Assembly (NCBI RefSeq): GCF_001595965.1
Contig: NZ_LOJI01000001.1
Span: 246,178 to 278,177 of the forward strand
Length of the DNA stretch: 32,000 nt
Direction: 5' to 3'
DNA from: Polynucleobacter yangtzensis
GTDB lineage: Bacteria; Pseudomonadota; Gammaproteobacteria; Burkholderiales; Burkholderiaceae
The notes beneath the pieces were generated by a model that had not been told where the DNA came from, did not search any database, and saw nothing but the letters and a program-made list of their open reading frames with translations. The position numbers were made by a program, and so were the translations under genes. Below, piece by piece: positions 18,523-25,148 of this stretch; within the stretch, counting starts at the first letter, position 1; each line of letters opens with the position of its first letter.

Positions 18523-18547
18523 GAAACGTACTTTTAAAGGACGTTTC
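18523..18547. repeat. 25-bp near-palindrome GAAACGTACTTTTAAAGGACGTTTC
   Basis: Two arm mismatches, centred on TTTTAAA like the main family. It sits just upstream of the putative integrase promoter. Confidence 0.7.
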
Positions 18548-18711
18548 TATGGCTAAGCGCAGTCTTGATTTAACCTTTTATTCGACCTTTTCTGCATAAG
18601 TCTCTCTATAAACAGGCTTTAAGACTTTCACTAAATTATCAACATCCATTGCGGCTAAATTAGATCTGCCACCAATAATGTTAACTTCTTTAATGAAGTT
18701 TCTAAAACTAC

Positions 18712-19887
18712 TCAACGAAACATTGGGTATAACACTAGACCAAATAAAGCGGCCGCAATTACCACCACCGGCTCAGTGAGTTTCTTGTATTTCCAAAGCA
18801 ATGCGGTCGTCACAATAGCCAATACAGCAGTCGGAATATCCACAATAGAGCGCTGACCAATCACAATGACTGAACCAGTAATAGCACCAACTGCGGCGGC
18901 TGTTACTCCGTCAATAAAAGCAACCAGACTCGGATTCTTGCCATATTTCTTAAAGTAAGGTGCTGGAATAATAGTGAACAAGTAGCAAGGAATAAAAGTG
19001 GCCAATGCCGCAACACTGGCACCAGTAAAGCCAGCAATGAGATATCCAATAAAGCCAACAGTGATGACTACAGGACCTGGCGTAATCATTGCAACAGCCA
19101 CCGCATCGACAAACTGTTTCTCAGTTAGCCATTGATGCTCTACAACTACACCGCCATATAAGAATGGCACGATGGCTAATCCCGAACCAAATACAAAGGC
19201 GCCTGCTTTTGTAAAGAAGATGGCAATTTGACTTAGAAGTGAAAGATCAAAGCTACCCCAAATACTCGTAAATGCTGGTACTTGAGTAACGGCAATGGAG
19301 TTCAGTCCACCGCTCTTAAACCACTTTGGTGGCGCCTTAACAAATAAAGTAATAAGGCCTGCAGTAAAGACGAGTGAGGCAATTTCAGATTGAGTGATGA
19401 CGGTACTTACCACCATCACTACAAAGATTGCCCACAATAACTTATCTTTACCAATCGTTTTCTTAGTGAGTTTTTGGGCGCTAATCGCAATGATGCCAAT
19501 CACGGCGGCACCCACGCCATAAAAAACTGCCTGCATCCAAGCTAAATCTCCATAAGCCACATATGCCCATCCTAGAGCAACCACCATAAAAAATGAGGGG
19601 ATCACAAATGCAATACCTACTAAAGTTGCTCCAAGAATTTTGTAATGCACATACCCAAGATATATGGCTAATTGTGCAGCCATTGGACCAGGGGCCATCT
19701 GAGCTAAGGCCATTCCTTCTCTATAATCAGCTTCAGTTATCCAGCCATACTTCTCCACTAAATCTCGATTCATATAACCTACCAAAGCGACCGGTCCTCC
19801 AAAACCCCAAGTACCCAACTTGAGCATATAGATAACCAATTGCCAAAGTGAATAACTTGGTTTGAGTTGTTCTATTGAATTGCTCAT
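18712..19887 (-). CDS. chrA: Chromate ion transporter (CHR family)
   Basis: 391 aa with ~10-12 TM segments and the duplicated CHR halves: FGGPVALVGYM... and GSGLAIVPFL...ITPGPVVIT. Confidence 0.85.
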   Translation of the reverse strand: MSNSIEQLKPSYSLWQLVIYMLKLGTWGFGGPVALVGYMNRDLVEKYGWITEADYREGMALAQMAPGPMAAQLAIYLGYVHYKILGATLVGIAFVIPSFFMVVALGWAYVAYGDLAWMQAVFYGVGAAVIGIIAISAQKLTKKTIGKDKLLWAIFVVMVVSTVITQSEIASLVFTAGLITLFVKAPPKWFKSGGLNSIAVTQVPAFTSIWGSFDLSLLSQIAIFFTKAGAFVFGSGLAIVPFLYGGVVVEHQWLTEKQFVDAVAVAMITPGPVVITVGFIGYLIAGFTGASVAALATFIPCYLFTIIPAPYFKKYGKNPSLVAFIDGVTAAAVGAITGSVIVIGQRSIVDIPTAVLAIVTTALLWKYKKLTEPVVVIAAALFGLVLYPMFR

Positions 19888-20822
19888 TTCACACCCTCTT
19901 TCGTAAATGCGCCTACCAAGGCATCAAATACACCGCTGGCTTTGTCGAGCAATTGATCATCGGTTTTAGTGGATACCTTCAACCCCGCAATGATTGCCTC
20001 AACACCTTGCGCTTCAGCTGGTTGAATACCACCTACATCCAAAGCATGAATCACAGCGCCCAAACGCTTAATAGCCGCATCATCAATTCCAAAACTTTGG
20101 GCAATCACTTCAAATGTCACTAGGCCATCTATATGGGTAAAGGTAGCGCCATCAAAATCAAATCCCAACGCGGTCTTAGGGCACTCCTTTATTGATTTAA
20201 GCCAGATAAATGATGCCTTTGGGTCGATGTACTTACGGATAAGCCAAGCACTAGCGAGCCTATCAATCCAAAGTCTAGAGCGGGTTGCCCACCTCTTGCC
20301 TTGATAGTTCTTGATATTGAGCTTGGTAATTTTTCGCTGAATGGCATGCGGCTCACCTGGAGATTGAATGGCAGCAATCGCAAGCTCCAATTCTTCTAAA
20401 ACACGATTAGCTTGTCTGCTTGATTCACCAACATAAAAATCAATTGCTACTAATGCCTCATATTGCTTACGAAGTTTTCGCGCTTCTTTAATTTGTTCAA
20501 GTATTAATTTGGGTTTAAGTTTTTTAATCAGAGCCTTAGATTGCTGAATTAATTGGGCATAGTCTTCTGCTCGATCAAACAACGATTTAAAACTTTCGCT
20601 TGTCGGCTGTTCAATAGTCACTACATAAGCTGAACCACCCGCACTTAATACTTGCTCTGAAGCAAGCTCGAATGTTGTTTTGTGTTGCTTATCATTTGGC
20701 AAAATATATACACCATCTCGCAGAACAGCGGCGCCTGAAGCCTTTAAAGAACGCCAAATTCGCATCCGCTCCGTAGGGCTGGAAGTAGGCAAAGATAGGA
20801 TGAGGGCATAGAACTTGTTCAT
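19884..20822 (-). CDS. chrB: ChrB-like chromate resistance protein
   Basis: The N-terminal LSLPTSSPTERMRIWRSLKASGAAVLRDGVYILPN is typical of ChrB. A 4-nt overlap couples it to chrA. Confidence 0.75.
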   Translation of the reverse strand: MNKFYALILSLPTSSPTERMRIWRSLKASGAAVLRDGVYILPNDKQHKTTFELASEQVLSAGGSAYVVTIEQPTSESFKSLFDRAEDYAQLIQQSKALIKKLKPKLILEQIKEARKLRKQYEALVAIDFYVGESSRQANRVLEELELAIAAIQSPGEPHAIQRKITKLNIKNYQGKRWATRSRLWIDRLASAWLIRKYIDPKASFIWLKSIKECPKTALGFDFDGATFTHIDGLVTFEVIAQSFGIDDAAIKRLGAVIHALDVGGIQPAEAQGVEAIIAGLKVSTKTDDQLLDKASGVFDALVGAFTKEGVK

Positions 20823-20860
20823 GTAATATATGCTACATTAATGTATTAAATACTACAAGT

Positions 20861-20891
20861 ATTGATTTGTCGTTTAAAACGACAAATCAAT
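20861..20891. repeat. Perfect 31-bp palindrome ATTGATTTGTCGTTT-A-AAACGACAAATCAAT
   Basis: The longest family member, lying between the divergent chrB and TonB-like genes. Confidence 0.9.
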
Positions 20892-21010
20892 GACTCATCA
20901 ATGGCAGCCTATTCTGATTAAGACGCTTAAACGGCACCTAGCTAGCCATGACATGATGTATGGACAACAAGCAAACCTATAACGCAATCGATACAGTCTA
21001 AGCCTCTAAA

Positions 21011-21805
21011 TTGACCAAACAACCGGCGCCTATGCGCTCCGTCGCTATCTGGCTCTCCATCGCTCTTCACCTAGGGCTATTTCTGCTGTGGACATCATAT
21101 GAAGGCTTCACCCACTTAAAACCCAAAGATAAAAATCCAGACATCATTGAGGTTCAGCTTGAAGAGCCTATCGCTAAAACCAATAATGACTTAAACGCCA
21201 GTCAAAACATCGATAAACAGCCAGTATCATTGGCCGCTCCCTTAGCGCCAACAGCAGAAGAGTGGGCTTTTGCCTCAAAGTACACACTCAAAAATAGCAA
21301 AGGCTATCGCCATTCCTTTGGTCAGCAAGTGCGAAGTATGATGGGAACTGCTGTTGAGGGGCCAGACCAAGGGCAAGTGAGATTTAGAATTGAAATTGCT
21401 CCGAATGGCGCTGTCGTTAAAGTGGAAACACTTTGGAAAACATCGGACAAAGCAGAGCAATTGGCGAGAAAGGCAATGAAGTCTATGCCTGCTTTGCCGC
21501 CCACGCCAACTGGGAAATCACTTATTTTTGAGAGAACCATTTCATTTACGCCATTTGCTACAAATGATGCCCCAATTTACAGGGATGATTGCCTGCCTGA
21601 TACACCAGCGTTTGGCAATCCATTTGCCTGGGATGGCAAATCACCGCAAGAAATCAAGAAGAGCAAGTCTGCTGAAAAACTCAGCCCCGAAGCCTTGGCA
21701 GAATGCCTTAAGCAGTTACCCCAAGATTCTATTGATGGCATCACTGCTGAAGCTCAACGGCAACTAGACATATGGAGCTCAGGAAAACTTAATCAAAGAA
21801 AGTAA
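21011..21805 (+). CDS. TonB C-terminal-domain-like membrane-anchored protein
   Basis: An N-terminal TM anchor (VAIWLSIALHLGLFLLW) and a central VRFRIEIAPNGAVVKVETL... TonB_C-like segment. The start may be the ATG at 21032. Confidence 0.55.
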   Translation: MTKQPAPMRSVAIWLSIALHLGLFLLWTSYEGFTHLKPKDKNPDIIEVQLEEPIAKTNNDLNASQNIDKQPVSLAAPLAPTAEEWAFASKYTLKNSKGYRHSFGQQVRSMMGTAVEGPDQGQVRFRIEIAPNGAVVKVETLWKTSDKAEQLARKAMKSMPALPPTPTGKSLIFERTISFTPFATNDAPIYRDDCLPDTPAFGNPFAWDGKSPQEIKKSKSAEKLSPEALAECLKQLPQDSIDGITAEAQRQLDIWSSGKLNQRK

Positions 21806-21841
21806 GGTTTCTATATATACGTATATACGCATATATTTGTA

Positions 21842-21904
21842 ATGTCGTTTTAAACGACATCGACTGACGCAAGGATGCTAACTTGATTTATCCTTTTAAA
21901 GGGA
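21842..21904 (+). repeat. Conserved ~63-nt module: 19-bp palindrome + GACTGACGCAAGGATG + second TTTTAAA palindrome
   Basis: About 85% identical by eye to 24275-24336. A partial third copy of the middle motif, GACTGACGTAAGGAG, lies at 8262-8276. Confidence 0.8.
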
Positions 21905-21964
21905 CGACTCATGATGGGGCTAACCGAGACTAATGGCGTCCTGTCTCTAGACGCTAACAAATAA

Positions 21965-22064
21965 AAAACCACCCGAAGGTGGTTTTGGTGTTTCTTGGTG
22001 GCCCGGGGCGGAATCGAACCAGGGCCGAGGATGTCTGACTCTATTTCTAGACTGTCATTTTAAA
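21965..22064 (-). repeat. R4: terminator hairpin + tRNA-Phe 3'-end fragment + shared arm ending in half-site TGTCATTTTAAA
   Basis: Hairpin at 21965-21986, TGGTGGCCCGGGGCGGAATCGAACC at 21996-22020, then AGGGCCGAGGATGTCTGACTCTATTTCTAGAC and the half-site at 22053-22064. Confidence 0.85.
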
Positions 22065-22174
22065 AAATCCATAAGTTGCTTCATTTCATACAAAAATAGT
22101 TAATGTGAGGGGTATTAAGGCTTACCTTTTAGAAACTAATCACTAATAATAGAGCCATTCAATATGGACTTTCT

Positions 22175-23098
22175 ATGACAAAATTTTTCTTAACTATATT
22201 TTTGGTAGCAACATTCGGTTCAGCATCATATGCTCAAACCCTTAAAAGCCAAAAGATTAATGAATCTAGTTATGCCTTGATTGGTGAAATTGGCGGTAGA
22301 ACTTATGAGAACCAAGGTCTAAATGCCAACTATGGGGTTGTGGTTACAAAGGATGGAGTCATACTGATTGATAGCGGCGCATCAAAACAAGGAGCGGAGC
22401 TAATTAGTAAAGAGGTTCAAAAAATAACTGCGCAGAAAATACGATGGGTCATCAACACAGGCTCTCAAGACCATCGCTGGTTAGGCAATGATTACTTTAT
22501 ATCGCAAGGCGCTGAAGTGATTGCTCTTAGTAAAACGGTTGCCACGCAAAAATTGATGGCGGGCGGGCAAGTAGACTCGGTTAAAGCCGTTTTAAAGGAT
22601 CGCTTTAACGGAACTAAACCAGCATATGCTCAAAAACCAATTACTCAAAATGATGTTGCTCTGGATCTTGGTGGCACAAAAGTTCAGATTAAATATCTTA
22701 ATCACGCTCACTTTGAAGGCGATGTCGTGGTGTATCTTCCAGACCAAAACATCATGTTTTCGGGAGACCATATATACGTCGATAGATTGTTAGGAGTTTT
22801 GCCGCAAAGTAATGCCTCAACATGGTTAGATGCTTTTAATCAGATTGAATCTATTAATCCAAAGGTAATTGTTCCTGGACATGGCAATATTTGCGATCTA
22901 AACAAAGCAAAGAGACAAACAGGCGACTATCTGAAGTTTCTTGTTGATGGAACAAAAAAATACGCTGAGGAAATGGCGGGTGTTGAAGCCGCCGTTAAGG
23001 GCTTATCAAATGCCCCCCAATTTGAAAAGTTAGCGAACTTTAATGAACTACACAAAGGAAATATCAGCAGAACATATCTTAGGTTAGAGGCCCAGTAA
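22175..23098 (+). CDS. Secreted MBL-fold metallo-hydrolase-like protein
   Basis: It has a signal peptide and the later MBL ligand motifs HAHFEGD, SGDH and PGHG. The first motif reads TGSQDH instead of HxHxDH. Confidence 0.7.
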   Translation: MTKFFLTIFLVATFGSASYAQTLKSQKINESSYALIGEIGGRTYENQGLNANYGVVVTKDGVILIDSGASKQGAELISKEVQKITAQKIRWVINTGSQDHRWLGNDYFISQGAEVIALSKTVATQKLMAGGQVDSVKAVLKDRFNGTKPAYAQKPITQNDVALDLGGTKVQIKYLNHAHFEGDVVVYLPDQNIMFSGDHIYVDRLLGVLPQSNASTWLDAFNQIESINPKVIVPGHGNICDLNKAKRQTGDYLKFLVDGTKKYAEEMAGVEAAVKGLSNAPQFEKLANFNELHKGNISRTYLRLEAQ

Positions 23099-23099
23099 A

Positions 23100-23116
23100 T
23101 GTCGTTTAAAACGACA
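23100..23116. repeat. 17-bp palindrome TGTCGTTT-A-AAACGACA
   Basis: It starts 2 nt after the MBL stop codon. Confidence 0.9.
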
Positions 23117-23163
23117 GCGACAGGCAAAGTCGAACTGCGTTAATGCTTTAGCTAACAAATGAG

Positions 23164-23258
23164 AAAACCACCCGAAGGTGGTTTTGGTATTTCTTGGTGG
23201 CCCGGGGCGGAATCGAACCAGGGCAGAGGATATCTAGACATAATAACTGTCGTTTAAA
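23164..23258 (-). repeat. R5: terminator hairpin + tRNA-Phe 3'-end fragment + arm ending in half-site TGTCGTTTAAA
   Basis: Hairpin at 23164-23185, core at 23195-23219, then GGGCAGAGGATATCTAGAC and the half-site at 23248-23258. Confidence 0.85.
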
Positions 23259-23335
23259 TAGATATTTTTAATATTAGAGGCTTATTATTGCTTTTTATAC
23301 AGCCTTGGATTCTAGAAAACAGTTATCCTAAGACC

Positions 23336-24259
23336 ATGAAAAAATATTTGTCCACCTTAAGCATATCCCTGATCTGGTTTGGAATTCCTATGGTAGGCCA
23401 TGCCCAACCTGATGGAGTCGCACAAAATGATGCTATTAAGGCTACGGTTAGTGTTACGGGAATAAACCAATTTAATACCAGCCTAAATACGGGTGGGAAT
23501 TTTGGGTGGTCTAGTGCTGGCGCCACGCTCAATTTGCTGAAACCCATTTCAGCGGCAACTTCAATTGGCGTCTCTGTTCGCTATGGCAGCCAGTTTTGGA
23601 ACTGGAGCAATATGAATAGCTACGGCTATGGTGGGAAGAGTCCATGGACGACGATTAGCACTCCGGCACTGGGCCTCAGCTATTCTCACAAACTCGACTC
23701 TGATTGGAGGCTCAACTTTATTCCCACAATAGAGTCTTCTGCAGAGACTGGCGCCAATCTAAATAACTCCCTTACTTATGGCGCTATTTTTAATGGCTCA
23801 AAACAACTCTCGCCCACCTTAAATCTAGGCCTGGGTACTGGCGTCTTTCGCCAGATTGATACGAACCGAGTATTTCCATTTATTGTGATTGATTGGAAGA
23901 TCTCTGATCGCTGGAATCTAAATAATCCATTCCCAGGTGGTCCAGCGGGTGGCGCAGGTCTGGAGCTAACCTATAAGGTTACTAGTGACTTTAAAGTGTC
24001 GGGCGGTGCAGCCTATAATAGCTATCGCTTTCGCCTAAATGATTCAGGCCCTTACGCTGGTGGCGTTGGTCAAAACAAGTTCATTCCCGTATTTGCCAAG
24101 TTTTCCTATGCGATTGATAGAACCACAGCCCTAGATCTTTACGCCCTTGCCAATATGGGAGGAAGTGTGACTGCCATTAACACCAACGGCAATACTGCCC
24201 TTAGCACCAATTACAGAACTGCTCCCGCAGTCGCTCTAAACCTCGTTAAGCGTTTTTGA
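23336..24259 (+). CDS. Outer-membrane beta-barrel protein (putative)
   Basis: The start is at MKKYLSTLSISLIWFGIPMVGHAQ (signal peptide). The sequence shows alternating Gly/aromatic-rich strands and a C-terminal ...LNLVKRF terminal Phe. Confidence 0.65.
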   Translation: MKKYLSTLSISLIWFGIPMVGHAQPDGVAQNDAIKATVSVTGINQFNTSLNTGGNFGWSSAGATLNLLKPISAATSIGVSVRYGSQFWNWSNMNSYGYGGKSPWTTISTPALGLSYSHKLDSDWRLNFIPTIESSAETGANLNNSLTYGAIFNGSKQLSPTLNLGLGTGVFRQIDTNRVFPFIVIDWKISDRWNLNNPFPGGPAGGAGLELTYKVTSDFKVSGGAAYNSYRFRLNDSGPYAGGVGQNKFIPVFAKFSYAIDRTTALDLYALANMGGSVTAINTNGNTALSTNYRTAPAVALNLVKRF

Positions 24260-24274
24260 TTTCAGCGTCTAATT

Positions 24275-24336
24275 TGTCGTTTAAAACGACATCGACTGAC
24301 GCAGGGATGTCTAATTGATTTGTCCTTTTAAAGGAC
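24275..24336 (+). repeat. Conserved module: 17-bp palindrome + GACTGACGCAGGGATG + GTCCTTTTAAAGGAC palindrome
   Basis: Paralogous to 21842-21904. The second palindrome is perfect with 7-bp arms (24322-24336). Confidence 0.8.
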
Positions 24337-24375
24337 ACTTCTTAATCAGGCGCCCCATACGCAATTCTCCAAACA

Positions 24376-24450
24376 AAAACCACCCGAAGGTGGTTTAGGT
24401 GTTTCTTGGAGGCCCGGGGCGGAATCGGCCTGGGCCTAGGATGCTTAATC
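24376..24450 (-). repeat. R6: degenerate terminator hairpin + tRNA-Phe 3'-end fragment
   Basis: AAAACCACCCGAAGGTGGTTTA followed by TGGAGGCCCGGGGCGGAATCGGCC, with several substitutions, then TGGGCCTAGGATGCTTAATCC. Confidence 0.8.
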
Positions 24451-24463
24451 CTGCTTGCTACTA

Positions 24464-24859
24464 TTACATCTTCACAATTTTCCAAGCACCATTTAAGAAG
24501 CCGTCTCCAGTCTTATCTCCTGGCTTGGTATCTTTAACCCAGAAATACAGGGGCATTCCTTTGAATGCTAATTGCTTTTTGCCGTCATCACGAGTGATTA
24601 CAGAATAATCGCCAGACACTGCTGGACTACCATCAACTAATAGTGGTGGCCAGTTGGTGGCACATGGGCCATTACACATAGACTTACCTGAACCAGCCGC
24701 ATCTTTGGCAAAGGTATACAGGGTCATATTATTACTACCTACTAACATGCCATCATTTACTTTGGTATATGGCGCCATGGCTCCGCCCGTCATCGACGCA
24801 CATGCAGCTAATGTAGCAGCAGCGATCAAACTAATTAATACGCCCTTAATACGATTCAT
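24464..24859 (-). CDS. Lipoprotein with Yx(FWY)xxD repeats
   Basis: Lipobox LAAC and two repeats, LYTFAKD and LYFWVKD. Confidence 0.75.
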   Translation of the reverse strand: MNRIKGVLISLIAAATLAACASMTGGAMAPYTKVNDGMLVGSNNMTLYTFAKDAAGSGKSMCNGPCATNWPPLLVDGSPAVSGDYSVITRDDGKKQLAFKGMPLYFWVKDTKPGDKTGDGFLNGAWKIVKM

Positions 24860-24948
24860 GTAGATCCCCTTTAAAAGTTAAGTTAACACTCTACTGGTTA
24901 TTTATGTTTGAAGTATGACGTGATTAAAACTAAGGGGCTAGGCATGAA

Positions 24949-24970
24949 AAAACCACCCGAAGGTGGTTTT
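24949..24970 (-). terminator. Intrinsic terminator of tRNA-Phe
   Basis: Minus strand reads AAAACCACC-UUCG-GGUGGUUUUUU: a UUCG tetraloop stem plus a U-run, 9 nt after the CCA end. Confidence 0.85.
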
Positions 24971-24979
24971 GGTGTTTCT

Positions 24980-25055
24980 TGGTGGCCCGGGGCGGAATCG
25001 AACCACCGACACAAGGATTTTCAATCCTCTGCTCTACCGACTGAGCTACCAGGCC
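24980..25055 (-). tRNA. tRNA-Phe (GAA), CCA encoded
   Basis: The reverse complement GGCCTGGTAGCTCAGTCGGTAGAGCAGAGGATTGAAAATCCTTGTGTCGGTGGTTCGATTCCGCCCCGGGCCACCA folds as a full cloverleaf. The acceptor stem has 7 bp including one G-U, the D-arm is GCTC/GAGC, the anticodon loop is TTGAAAA and the T-arm is GGTGG/CCGCC. It closely resembles E. coli tRNA-Phe. Confidence 0.95.
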
Positions 25056-25148
25056 AAGACTTGGAATTATAACGAATTTGCTTTAAGCGCCCTTGATTTG
25101 GGGGATTTGCTTAATTTCATGGGCTTCATGCCCATGGTTAAAGGGGGT

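Larger units (their letters stand above)
8116..24943. mobile_element. Composite genomic island bounded by the 81-bp direct repeats (attL/attR-like), integrated at the 3' half of tRNA-Phe
   Basis: Perfect 81-bp direct repeats flank it, it contains a tyrosine integrase at 17179-18453, many segments are AT-rich ORFan DNA, and three further att-like scars are nested inside. Internal sub-boundaries are unresolved. Confidence 0.55.

Noticed and set aside
8116-18700. Calling the integrase block a P4-like or PICI-type phage satellite.
   Set aside because: The size and the divergent small genes are suggestive. However, I could not recognise any primase/helicase, capsid-redirecting, AlpA or cos/pac component, and the element's right boundary is undefined. 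I keep this only as a possibility under the operon finding.
5337-24450. The six extra tRNA-Phe-like segments might be additional tRNA genes or pseudogenes.
   Set aside because: Each contains only the T-arm/acceptor/CCA portion; R3 extends up to the anticodon loop. No D-arm or 5' acceptor strand lies upstream, and in five of them even the 5' T-stem strand is replaced. They are att-type fragments, not genes.
5337-25055. The array might be a CRISPR array or a classical integron.
   Set aside because: Spacing between repeats is irregular (0.5-14 kb), and the intervals contain full genes with their own signals. No cas genes or IntI-type integrase are present, and I found no RYYYAAC/GTTRRRY attC core pair. 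The resemblance to an integron is only organisational.
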